From Microbotryum violaceum (Eukaryota), in the NCBI GenBank assembly GCA_001244265.2, contig CDLV01000017.1, positions 372,001 to 436,000 on the forward strand: DNA of 64,000 nt, read 5' to 3'. The notes beneath the pieces were generated by a model. It did no database searches. It was not told the origin of the DNA and was given only the letters and a program-made list of their open reading frames with translations. Each line of letters begins with the position of its first letter. Positions within the stretch are counted from its first letter, which is position 1. Below, in pieces: positions 1 to 12,458 of this stretch. Made by a program: the position numbers and the translations under genes.

Positions 1-1609
<1,609 letters not shown>

Positions 1610-2955
1610 GGGCACTCGTACTGATATTGCCACAATTATACTTCCGACCCCCATCTTTGCCACTTTTCTGCCTTTCCGATTGCAGTCGCACGGACCCTTG
1701 CGCCGAACCTGGAAGCGAGTCCGACCCCTATGCAGCGAGTCACCGCCTCCCATCTGCTGCCGAGCCCCTGGCTTGAGAACAGGCTGACTCTTTTGATGTG
1801 AAACTATGCTTCATTTCCAGTCGTGCCTGAACAAGTTCATACGCGAGCCTAGAGGACCTGGCGGAGTGTAAGTGTGTTGAACCCTGTCCTCGCGTCAGAG
1901 TGTCCTCAGAATCGTAGTACAAAGTTGAACTGTATCGCTCACATTCTCATTTGTGATTTCTGCAGTACCGTCGCCCCAAGCCCGCGATGTCTGCAAGACG
2001 ACCACCATCATCTTGTGCGAGTACGAATGGCAGATGTCCCCCTTCCCCACCACCAGGCACCCATCCACAAAATACCATCAGGTCCCCAAAGCTGAGGTCA
2101 TACGATCCGAATCCTACGAGGTCAGCGAGACCTGAGCGATGAGCGTAGCCGGCCTAAAATGATGGGCATCCAAGCTTCCGATCCCGAGTCTCAGCTTCTC
2201 TGTTCTCCGGTGCTGTCCAAAAAGTTCGTGCGCCCTTGATCCGTTGTTCGTCGCGCTTGTCGAATTCCTCGGAAGCCAATTCGGCGTCATTGTACAAGGA
2301 TCAAATTTTGCTGCACTTGTCACAAGCCACACAATCATATCAATAAATCAATTTCGGTGGGGCTTCTATTATAGAATGCAACAATACCGCCCGGTCGTTG
2401 TGGGAACCGGGGATGTTTGCCCCGCACGCTGCACGACATAGGCAAGCTCTACTGTTTGCTTAGCGGCGAACAAGCGACCCCACTCCTTTTGATAATATGA
2501 CTGATTTGACGAGGGGAATATAAAGGGAACCTGTTTGGGCATCGAACATAAGATCTTGCTCGACTTGACCGCCGGCCGGGCGCTTGCACGCGACTCTTTG
2601 AGCGCCCGCGAAGAGGGGTCAAAGTGGCACCGAACTCGGAAAGACAGCTTTCGGATTTACCCCCCGCTACGTCCGACTTTCCAAGCTAATTCAAAGCGGC
2701 TTTCTCCCATGACAAGTACCAAATATGCCCTTTATTAGTTCTGCTAGCACGCAGGTAAGCCCGAACATCATGACCACCGAAGAGGAGCCAGGGCGCAGAG
2801 GCTAAAAAGACGATGGTGTCTTCTATAGCCGCGCCGACGGGCTTGCGAGGCTCGAAAGCTGAGCTCCTTCCTTTCTCCCTCCTCCATCCTCCTTCCTCCG
2901 CGTCTCGCACTCGTCGCCTCCCACCCATCTCAAACTCAGATCGTCTCCCCACGCC

Positions 2956-3812
2956 ATGGAGCAACTCGTCCCCCCCTCGAATCAGTTATCTCAGCTTGGT
3001 CTCGATCAAGATCACACTCCAGACGTCGACACCTCTCGAGAGGAGGTCAAAACCGGAACCAAGGCCGTTGTCGTCAAGCAAACGTCGCCGAGCGCGCTCT
3101 CGCGAGTTCCCCCCGAGCTCTTCTACCACATCGCCTCGTGCTTGACGGAGGGGTTCCAACCCAAAGACATCCGATTGGTGTATCCGGACCTGCGTCACGG
3201 CGCTCTGGTGTGCCGTTCGTGGCGCGCTGCTTTCCAACGTCGCTTGTGCCTCGTCGTGCAGCTGCCTCGTCGAGTCGCCGCCGAGGGCTTCCTCGAGTCG
3301 GGCTTGACCGACCGTTACCCGGTCGAGCTGCTCACCATCCTCCCCACCGGGCATGCACGCTATCGTGAGGTCGATTCCGAGGGCGTCCTCTGTTGCGCGA
3401 ACTCAACGTCGAGCTCGCCTTTGTTCGCGACATTGGCCTCACTCGCCGCCTCCTCACCATGACTCCCAAGTCGGGTACGACCCCTCTTCGTTCGATTTCC
3501 CTCCTCGTCTCGATCGCGAACCCGCTCTCGGCCACCGAATTCACTCGCGAAGTGACGGACGGAATCAAAAGCACCGACTTTCCAGACCTACGCGAGCTCG
3601 AAATCGTCGTCACGGCATCCCTGTCCAATTACAAGGCCGGTCCCATGTCGAGCTTCTCGGGTTTGGTGGTCCGTCGCCCCCCGCCGGAAGAAGCCGTGTC
3701 GATGTCGTCGCTTCAAAACTACATCCTGGGGTCAAAGCTCTGGGATGAGTTGAGGCGATACTGCAAGACGAGGAGAATCTCGCTTGTCATCCAAGGCCAG
3801 GTGAGAGAGTAG
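2956..3812 (+). CDS. F-box-like protein, split over two frames (probable frameshift at ~3365-3395)
   Basis: LSRVPPELFYHIASCL...LRHGALVCRSWRAAFQRRL is an F-box signature. Protein-like sequence continues in ORF 3393-3812 (LRELNVEL...FPDLRELEIVV). No canonical intron was found at the frame switch. Confidence 0.6.
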
Positions 3813-3839
3813 GAGGTCAGAACTCGGTGTCTGCTCTCG

Positions 3840-3940
3840 TTCGAATTTCTGTCCTGTTTTCGAATTTCTGTCCTGTTTTCGAATTTCTGTCCTGTTTTCG
3901 AATCTCTGTCCACTTTCAAATCTCTGTTCTCTTTCAAGTC
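3840..3940. repeat. 19-bp tandem minisatellite (TTCGAATTTCTGTCCTGTT), 3 exact copies plus degenerate copies
   Basis: Read directly from the sequence, immediately after the F-box stop codon. Confidence 0.9.
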
Positions 3941-5138
3941 TCCTGCCATTTTCATGTTTCACGTCTGTTCTGACGATCTCCTCAGCAGCAATGCGCAAAC
4001 CTCTTACTGCGGCCCGACCTTGAGCAGCACAAGACTTGTCAAGGATGATGCCCGGACGAGCGGCTATTTCGATCCAATTTTGAACTCATCAACGCTGCGC
4101 CCGCTTGCCCCCCCTCCCCCCCAATAAAAAAAAAAACGGCAAATAGCCCGAACCTAATGAAGCTAGCTGGAGGTTGGTGAAATAAGTCAGAAGCACTGAT
4201 TCGGGAAGCCGGGGGTGAAAAACAATATTCGAAAGGGAAACCTTTTGCAGTGCAGCAGTAGTGACGAGGTATTGATCTTCGCAAGAGCGAGAGATAGTTT
4301 AATTTAGTATCCAGACAAACCAAAAACATCGAAGAAAGAGAGTCAAGTCTCAAAGCTATGGCCATGGTTCTGGACCAAAACGCTCGTAAGTCGGCGACGG
4401 CTGCGCAGTAGCAGCACTCTCTCCGGTCGGCACAGGCTTTCGAGAAAGGCGCGTACAGATGAACACCTGAAGGTGGCCGTGGGTAACCGATAATTGTATG
4501 AACCTGTTTAGGCTCCTACCTGCGCATATCCATCGGCACTCCCCGGTGCTCCCGATCCGGGTTGCCCGCAATCATGGAATGAAAAGCTGTCTCTCTTAGA
4601 GAAGATTCGGAGCGACGCGCCGATAGGGACAGGGAGGCTACTAGCCCAGCAAGCCATTCACCAAACATTGATCCAGGTGGGTAGTCAGTATTGTAATGTG
4701 CTTTGTTGCTGCTCATAATACTTGACAGTTCCGCTTCTGCAACAGCTGAAGCAGTTGCGAACCGAAAACCTTGCTATCGCTGCAGCGGGCGACGCCATCT
4801 CCGCGCACGCATCCAAACCTACTACAGCTCTTTGAAATCCTTATGACTCCCTTAGACAACACTGGAAGCTTTCGGAATGCACAAAGAGCCAGTCAGGCTC
4901 CCGGTTCGGTGGTTTTTTTGGTAGTAGACCTTCGACCGTTCTGTTTCTTCATTCCAAGCTGCGTAAAGAGGGGTTTTGTGAAACGATGTCCCAAAAATCG
5001 GGTAGTAAAGTACGGCCCCGCACCCCCATGCACACACACACACAAGGTATTTCAGAAAAGAAGAGCCTCAAGGCGTTTTTGCTGCCCTGCCCTGCCTCAC
5101 ATAAACACACACACAGATCGGTCATGACCACCCCCCAT

Positions 5139-6330
5139 TTACTTCTTCTTGGCGGCCTCCTCCTCCTCCTTCTTCTTCTGCCTCTCGGCGCGGATACCGG
5201 CGTAACGTTGGTCCGAGCGCGCCTTGCGCAAGGCGGTGTAGGCGGTGCCCTTGTTGGCGAGTTCTTCCGAGGTGATCGCTCGGGGGCCTTCCTGCTTGTG
5301 GCCGGCCGGGAGGGGGAAAGTAGCGGCGAGCGTCTTGAGGCCCTCGACGGACTTGTCGGCGCCCTGAAAGACCAGCAAAAGATACCAAATCAGTATCCAC
5401 TGTTACCCTCCTTTGATACCCCTGGATCTCTGTATCCGTGCATCCACCCGCCGCCTCTCTCTGCCACGAGCGGGGTCGCATAAAACGCACCTCGGTATCA
5501 CCCTTCTTGACCTTGCCCGCCTTCTTGGGGAACACAACCAAGCGCTGCCTGTACGCTTCAAGGCGCTCCTTGTTGATCTTCAAGCTCTCCTCGGATCGGT
5601 TGCGGCGACGGTGGTCGACGGGGATGCCGATCGAAAGGGCCTCCTTGCGACGAATGCCGGCGGCCTTAAGTTCGGCGGCGGTGAAGCCTCGGCCGGAACG
5701 CAGCTTGGTGTTGTAGCGCTTCGTGGGGCATCGGACGGCGGGGCGGAGTTGTTCAACGGGCCTGAACGAAGTGTAATCGAGAGGAATCAGTGACTGCAAT
5801 CCCCCTTATTTTGATGCGCTGTCGATGCTTACCTGAGACCAGCCTTGACGGCCTTGGCCTGTCGTGCGACTCGTCGCGAGTGCTTCCTGCCCGGTTGGCC
5901 GAGCCCCGTCTTTACGTTCGATTGCCAGTCCTTTCGGAAATGGTTGCGGGGGAGAACGCTGGAGAGAGCAGAGAGAAAGCGCGGAGGCGAGGGCGAGGAT
6001 GCGAAAGGGCAGATGCGGGATGAGCTTCATGGGATCTGTACGGTGTGATGCGCATGGTGAAGAACTCACTTGTTGTGTGCGAAACTGTGAGATGATCACG
6101 AATGGGACGGACAAAGGCGAGGAGAGCACGAGGAGTGAGAATAGCGATGGATGGATTAATGGGTCGTGTGCGGGTCGTCGTCGAGGTCGGTGCAACGCAG
6201 TTCCCAGGCGCGCAAGCAGCAGGCGCAGGGCAAGGCCAAGGCATGGGCAAAGGGCAGGGCGAAAATCGTCAGTGACCGCGCACGAGCCAACACCGTGCTG
6301 TGCACCACGATCCAAGCTGACGTACCCCAT
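5139..6330 (-). CDS. RPL13: 60S ribosomal protein L13 (eL13); exons 6330-6326, 6084-6070, 5958-5833, 5761-5491, 5363-5139
   Basis: Spliced translation MGFAHNNVLPRNHFRKDWQ...LRPAVRCPTKRYNTKLRSGRGFTAAELKAAGI...VDHRRRNRSEESL...AYTALRKARSDQRYAGIR; all introns GT-AG and in phase. Confidence 0.97.
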
Positions 6331-7136
6331 CCTTCTATCGGCCTATTATGGAGAGAATACGTTAGAGGTACGCGTAGAGTGTGGACAGAGAGGTGTGAGA
6401 CGAGGTGTCGGGGGATCGAGTTTTGAGCGTGGGCGTCGACGCGGGCGCGAGGCAGGGCGGGGTGCGAGTCAGTGCGAGTGCGAGTGCGAGTGGTGGCACC
6501 AAAGGCGGCAGGCGGCGGGCGACGGGCGACGGGCGACGGGCGACGGACGACGGACGAAGCACACACCACAACAACGACGAGCGGGGAACGAAGGAGGGAT
6601 CAACAGGGTCAAAGATGTCAGTATCCAGATCTAAATTGGGTAGTTCCGAACGGTGGGGTGGGTGTTCACCTTGTACTTGACGAGAGACGAGCAGAGGCAG
6701 ACCAGGGTTAACGAGCACGCCCGGCTGCGAGAGTCGAGCCGCCAGCCATGACTTTGGCGCGGGCTACTTGCGGGCTGGTGCGGGCTGGTGCGGGCTGGTG
6801 CGGGCACTCGCGACGGCGCGACGGGCGGCAGCTGCGGTTCGCTGCGGTCCGCTGCGGTGGCGGCTCGGTCGGCTCGGTCGCGCGCCTGGCGCCTGGGCCT
6901 TGCCATTTTGACCTGGTCCGAAATCGGGTCAAAAAGCGCGGCTCGGCCGAAATGCACGTCTTGTCGAGTTGGTCCCGAGCTGGTCGCGCTGAGCGCCTTT
7001 GCTCCTCCACGCTCAATACGCCGCTCAGCTTTCCCTACAACAACAGGCCGCGCTACTTGCTCCAGCTTCACCACCACCAAAAGCTCACCGACCTCTCCCT
7101 CTCCAGCTCATCACCCTCCCCTTGCGATTCCCCCCC

Positions 7137-7577
7137 ATGCCCTTCTTCGGCCTCGGCTCTTTAGCCTACTTCATCCTCCTCCTCATCAACGCCGTCGCCA
7201 TCCTCCACAAAGAACGTTTCCTAGCTCCTCTAGGTCTGACCACCTCTTCTTCGAACGCCCAAGTCGCTTTCCAGTCGGGATCGAACCCCGTTAGTCCGAC
7301 CTATCAGACAGGGTTCGAGACGTACGGTGGATCGATTGGAGATGGAGCGAGGGGGGTTGCGGGCGATGGTATGAGTATCAAGTCGAGGGCGATCATGTTG
7401 GTCGATGCGATCAGGACATTGATGAGGAGTCAGTTCAGTCCCTTTCTTTTTGAGGATCGATCTAGCGAGACCAGAGCTGATTAGATCGCCGGCGTTCACC
7501 TTTACCTTGCAGTCCCTCTGATCCCGATCAACATCGTCGTCATCATTTACGAGCTCGTATTCGGCTCGGGGTTTTGA
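7137..7577 (+). CDS. YOS1: Yos1/IER3IP1-like small ER-Golgi membrane protein; intron 7429-7512
   Basis: LLLINAVAILHKERFLAPLG...SIKSRAIMLVDAIRTLMR|IPLIPINIVVIIYELVFG matches the Yos1 family pattern. Confidence 0.92.
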
Positions 7578-7925
7578 CGGCCCGCTCAACGAACGACATC
7601 TTTCTCAAAAGTCCACTCCAAAGCCCGTCCAGCAACCCCGAGCCACGTCGCACGAACACCAGCGAACGATCGACGAAACACGTCACCCGACCTGACTCAC
7701 GAAGAAACTCCACATTTGATCTCCAGCAAGCGCCTTTCTGTTTCCACACTACTATTACATGTATCTGTTATCCCCTCGCAACGAAGCAGTACCGCATCCC
7801 CATCCCGTAATGGCGTGCTATGAATGCATAAGGTGGAGTCGGGAGAGACACAACGCTCCTTCTGTCCTCGAGACGAAGCCCTCTCTGAGCCCCCGCGAGC
7901 CTAGCAAAAAAGCTTCCCCTTGACT

Positions 7926-8884
7926 TTACCCCTCCTTCGATATCCCCTGCTCAGGCGATATCGGTCCATTATTGGCCTTCCACGCCCAATTCGGTCCCTT
8001 TGCTCCCCCCTGCCATGCCTCGGCCTCGGCCTCATCCTCGGGCCCTTTCCCATCCGCACCAACCCAAAGCTTGCCTCGCTCCCCATCGCCAGAACCCGAT
8101 TTATAAAACTCCCTCTTCCAAACCTGTACGTTGTCCTTGATCTGCTCCAATACGTACTCACACGCGACGAACGCTTCCTTGCGATGAGGGGAGGAAACGG
8201 AGACGATGATGCTGGGGGTGCCGACCGGACAAGGGCCGAGGAGGTGGTAGGCTGCGATCCCGGTCAAGTCGATGGATTCTACTCTGGGCGCAGAGAGAGA
8301 CGTTGTCGAAACAGAGTGGGAACTTTGTTCGGTCGGACTGTCGCGCGAACATCCTGGGTGGGGTTCGGAAAAGGGTCGGGGAAGACGACGAGCGGCTTCG
8401 AGTACCGAATGGAGCGTTTTGAGCGCTAGGGAAGCGTAGCTCTCGTATTCGAGGTGGGTGACCGTTTTATCTGGTCATGATGAGAGAATAGATAAGATGG
8501 GCGCGGGTGCGGGTGCGTGATGAGTTGGTATGGGTTTTCGGGGAGAGGATCAGTCCTCTCGACCGGTCTAGGAAAGTGGGGGTCGAGCTTTCAACGGACC
8601 TCGGAACGAATCCCTGGTGTAACCCGTCTGTAGCCATACAATCCGCACGTAAGAAACAATTCGAATCAGCTCCCCGGAACCTCTCCAAAACTTAGTCCCT
8701 TCTCATCCCAACCGACAAAGGTCACCACCGCGCCCGCCTTGGGACTCTTGACCCAATCCTCGATCGTCGGTTGATGCAACGGTTCGTAGGTGAGCACGCC
8801 GAGATCACCTTGAACGGTGGTCGTTCGCCATGATGTTCTTGGGCTAGAGTAATCGGTTGTGGTTGGTGTTACTGCGGTGGCCAT
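7926..8884 (-). CDS. MOCS2: Molybdopterin synthase catalytic subunit (MoaE/MOCS2B), 3 exons
   Basis: Spliced: VKSPKAGAVVTF|TGYTRDSFR|DKTVTHLEYESY...HLLGPCPVGTPSIIVSVSSPHRKEAFVACEYVLEQIKDNVQVWKREFY. Confidence 0.93.
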
Positions 8885-9387
8885 CGGCGGGTGTGCGGGG
8901 AGAGCGTGCGAAAGTAAGACGGTCGATCAATTATAGGTAGGGCTGAGCGCTGATCAGCGAGGGATCCGATTCGGTGAAAGGTCAACAGCGATCACTTTTT
9001 ATGGTCCCAGCTCGGCTATCGCTCGGCCGACTAGGCTCTGAGTGGCCACAAAAATTGGGGAAAGATGGGAACCCAATCTCTGTAGACTTTTGCTGGTAAG
9101 GATGAACAGCTTATCTGATCCGAGGGTGGGCTTGAACTCGGGCCCCGCCGGCGCCCAGGCCTGAACTCGGCCGGAGCCAGTCGGTACGGGAATCACCTCG
9201 TCGGGCTCGGCCGCCAACCTAGGCTTTCACTACTCGAGCTCATCCACAGCTCATTCCTCGGAAACCCGACCGCGATGCCCCCTCCCAACGCGGTCTAACA
9301 CCCCACATACACCTCTTATTCCGCGATGGGATCCCCGTCATCATCCTCTGCTCTCGACCACTGCGCAGCTCGCTCACCCGAGACAGT

Positions 9388-9462
9388 GCCCGTCGTCTCA
9401 GCACCCGTCGTCTCAGCGCCCGTCGTCTCAGCGCCCGTCGTCTCAGCGCCCGTCGTCTCAGT
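9388..9462. repeat. 15-bp tandem repeat (CCCGTCGTCTCAGCG/A) x5
   Basis: Read directly; translates as VVSAP (+) or TTGAE (-) repeats in short ORFs of unknown status. Confidence 0.85.
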
Positions 9463-10109
9463 ACCGGTCGCCTTGCCCGCCGAAGAGGTCGTCGTCGACA
9501 GCTCCCTCGAACCCGCGCCGGGCGCTGTATCTCCACCTTCCTCTTCCCCGCCCACTCATCACCGCGTCACCGCCACGGGCGTCCTGGCGACGACGACGAC
9601 AGCTTTGGTGCATAACAGATTGACCCATGCTGCGGGAGGGATGTTGTCCAGCACGCTGACCGGCTTGTTCACGCGTGAGTTCGATCTTGAGAGTGCTTCC
9701 AGAACCCGACCCACCCACCGATTTCGCCGAGGCCCCGACCGCGCGCGCGCGCACGTGAAAGTACGGCAGCCACGGTCTCGGCAAAGCGGTCCTTGGGGCC
9801 ACGATCAAGTGACCTCCTCTTCTCAACGTGCGATGTTCGCTGGGCAGCGATGACCAGGTCGTGGGGCCAAGGAGGTGTTTGTCTTGGCTTTCGGCTTCTG
9901 TGGGTTGTCGACGCTGCCAAGCACGAGCGGGTTGTACTTCCGTCGGGGAACGAACGGGCCAATATCTACGGCGTCTGATGCGATTGTCCTACGACGGTGG
10001 ACGCCGGTTGCCCAGACTATGTGCGGGTGTTTCATGAGGCTTATCTTGCCATTTCTTTTCTTGCTTTCGGGTTGCTTCGCCCCACCTCCTGACCGTACTC
10101 AAACTCGAC

Positions 10110-11690
10110 GTGCTGACACCCCTCACGCGTGCTCTCGGCGCGTCGCTTCTCTCTCTCACCCTCCTGACAGTCCTTCTCGTCCTCTTCGTATACCGCAAAT
10201 CGTTCCTCCTCCCCTTCGGCGGCTCCTCCTCATCGCGCAATCTCTCTCTAACCGAATACAACACCGAATACAATCGCCACGTCGGAGCGAGCGGAACCGC
10301 ATCAGGGAAAGCTCGACCCCATTCCCCAGATGGTTCTTCGACCGGGGAATCCGATGCGACAATGTTCGGCACCGGACCGCAAGCGGCAAGGAGGAGTCCG
10401 AGATCACCACCTCCTCCGGCGAGGTATCCGGGTCGTCCAATCGGGACTAACAAGCCGACGCTGAGGATCAAGTTGGATCAGGATCAGGTCGTCGATGAGG
10501 AAGGCGAGGTTTATCGATGTATCATCAAGTCCCCTTTGCCCGAAGGCAGTCTCAAACCTTGTTTGAGAAGAGCGATGATACCTACACCAACCGCAACCGT
10601 ATTAGCCGAGGAAGGGGAGACACAACCCTTGCTCTTGGACGTCGCCCCTTCTTCACCGACACCTTCTTCGAACGATGGCCACGAACCCTCCACTTCCTCC
10701 CTCTCTTCACCAACGAGCAAGAAAACCGTTCGACTGATCGAACCCGCTCATTCGGCCTGTGAACTCGATCGACTTCGCTTCCACTGGGCCTCATGTGCGA
10801 CCTCACCTGCTTCCAAAGGGATCGGTGGCTATCGCTCGACGAGGGATATTTACGCCAAAGGGCAAGGAGGGGATCGAAACACGACAGTGGCGCCTGCGGT
10901 CAAATCACCAACGACGAATGCGGGGAGTTATTTGAAGCCTCACGAGGTTCCGGCACCGAGAGAGTTTGACGTTGATGAACAGAATAACTCGCTGGGATTG
11001 GACGTCACGCCTTTGGGGTCGAACTCGGCTCGTGCGGCAAGTACGGGTGCGGGAGGAGGGAGTACTCGACGTCGATTGTCACCTTCTCCCTCCGGTCGAT
11101 TCATCAAGGACTCGATACGATCTACCTCTGCAAGATCGGTCTCACCCATCCCGAATCGGTTAGCAGGCAATGGTCCGGCTTATCTGAGGACGTCGAGTCC
11201 GGCTGGACCACCGGGGATGACGAATCATTCGACGAACGCATCCGTCGCAGTTGGGGGAGGTCCGAGGTCCGAAAGTCCTGGACGACCAAAGTGGGTGAGG
11301 CAAAAGAACTCATCGTCAATGTTGGGTGAATCCAACTCGACTAGTAAATCGTCCTTATCGAACTCGACCAATCTCTCAACAACAATAACAACCTCATCAG
11401 GCTCAGGCTCTGGCTCAGGCGCCCGACCGATCCGAACGATCGTTCTCGACGGGTCGGAAGATTCCGAAGGGTACGAGGATTGTTCTGAGGGCTCGGGTAC
11501 GACGACACCTGTTTATGGTGGGGTTGGGGGAGTAGGCGCGTCGCCTTTGAGTAGGGGGAAGGCTATGTTGTTGGGGGAGGGTTTGAGGATGTCGGAATTG
11601 ATGGGGAAGGTAGGGGAGTTGCCCGGGAACAGGGAGGGGGAATTGCCGTTGATCTCGGTGGAGGCGCCGAGGAGCCATGTACCGGCTTGA
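10110..11690 (+). CDS. Hypothetical Ser/Pro/Gly-rich protein with N-terminal hydrophobic (signal/TM) segment; start uncertain
   Basis: 526-codon ORF; hydrophobic stretch ALGASLLSLTLLTVLLVLFVY; no recognised domain. Confidence 0.6.
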   Translation: MLTPLTRALGASLLSLTLLTVLLVLFVYRKSFLLPFGGSSSSRNLSLTEYNTEYNRHVGASGTASGKARPHSPDGSSTGESDATMFGTGPQAARRSPRSPPPPARYPGRPIGTNKPTLRIKLDQDQVVDEEGEVYRCIIKSPLPEGSLKPCLRRAMIPTPTATVLAEEGETQPLLLDVAPSSPTPSSNDGHEPSTSSLSSPTSKKTVRLIEPAHSACELDRLRFHWASCATSPASKGIGGYRSTRDIYAKGQGGDRNTTVAPAVKSPTTNAGSYLKPHEVPAPREFDVDEQNNSLGLDVTPLGSNSARAASTGAGGGSTRRRLSPSPSGRFIKDSIRSTSARSVSPIPNRLAGNGPAYLRTSSPAGPPGMTNHSTNASVAVGGGPRSESPGRPKWVRQKNSSSMLGESNSTSKSSLSNSTNLSTTITTSSGSGSGSGARPIRTIVLDGSEDSEGYEDCSEGSGTTTPVYGGVGGVGASPLSRGKAMLLGEGLRMSELMGKVGELPGNREGELPLISVEAPRSHVPA

Positions 11691-11890
11691 TCCCTATCGC
11701 TGCCTCGACCCACGTCCGTACGATTCCATCTACCGACCTACCTCTCTCCGGACTAATCTGCAAACCCTGCAAACCTTGTTCCATATCATTCCATTTTCCT
11801 CATGCTCTTTCGGCTCGCTCTCGCCTTACTCATTGTACAAATCCCTTCGCATTTCGCAACACTACTAACCCCGTTTCTTCTTATACGTCG

Positions 11891-11894
<4 letters not shown>

Positions 11895-11962
<68 letters not shown>
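11895..11962. repeat. (CT)n microsatellite
   Basis: Read directly. Confidence 0.98.
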
Positions 11963-11963
<1 letters not shown>

Positions 11964-12458
11964 TCATTCAGTCCCACCTCTTGTTTTAACCCACCCCTCC
12001 ACTTCTCACCTCGTTACAATTAAATACGATCAATACATTTTTTCCCTGCGTAATCAATCTTTAGTAGAAGTCAATGTGGCCGCGCACAGTCTGCCCGCCG
12101 TGGCTCCCAATGGGAGGGAGAACCGCCGCCGGCTTGACCCGGGTGCGCCGCTGCCTTGGCCTATTCCAGAGGTCAGAGCAACTCTGATTAATGGAGTGGA
12201 CCTGAGTTCGACTCTCAGTTCAGCCAAACCTTCTTTTGTTTTCCGTAACATTTCCGAGAATTCACATATCTCAACTCCTTTCCCTTTCGCTGGGCCCCCT
12301 CTGCACCTGCGACCAGACCAGGGTCACCCTCCGTACACTGACTGCGCTTCATCTACGTCCCCAAAACATTCCACCCCAGCTCCCCCAGCTCTTTCCAACA
12401 AACCGAGAACAGAAAAAAACAAAAACAAAACCTCAAACTTAAATCCCAAATCTTTTCA

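Noticed and set aside
3840-3940. CRISPR-like array
   Set aside because: Units are contiguous with no unique spacers, and the context is eukaryotic; it is a minisatellite.
8885-9300. Bicistronic MOCS2A (MoaD) ORF upstream of MOCS2B
   Set aside because: No ubiquitin-like ORF ending in Gly-Gly was found.
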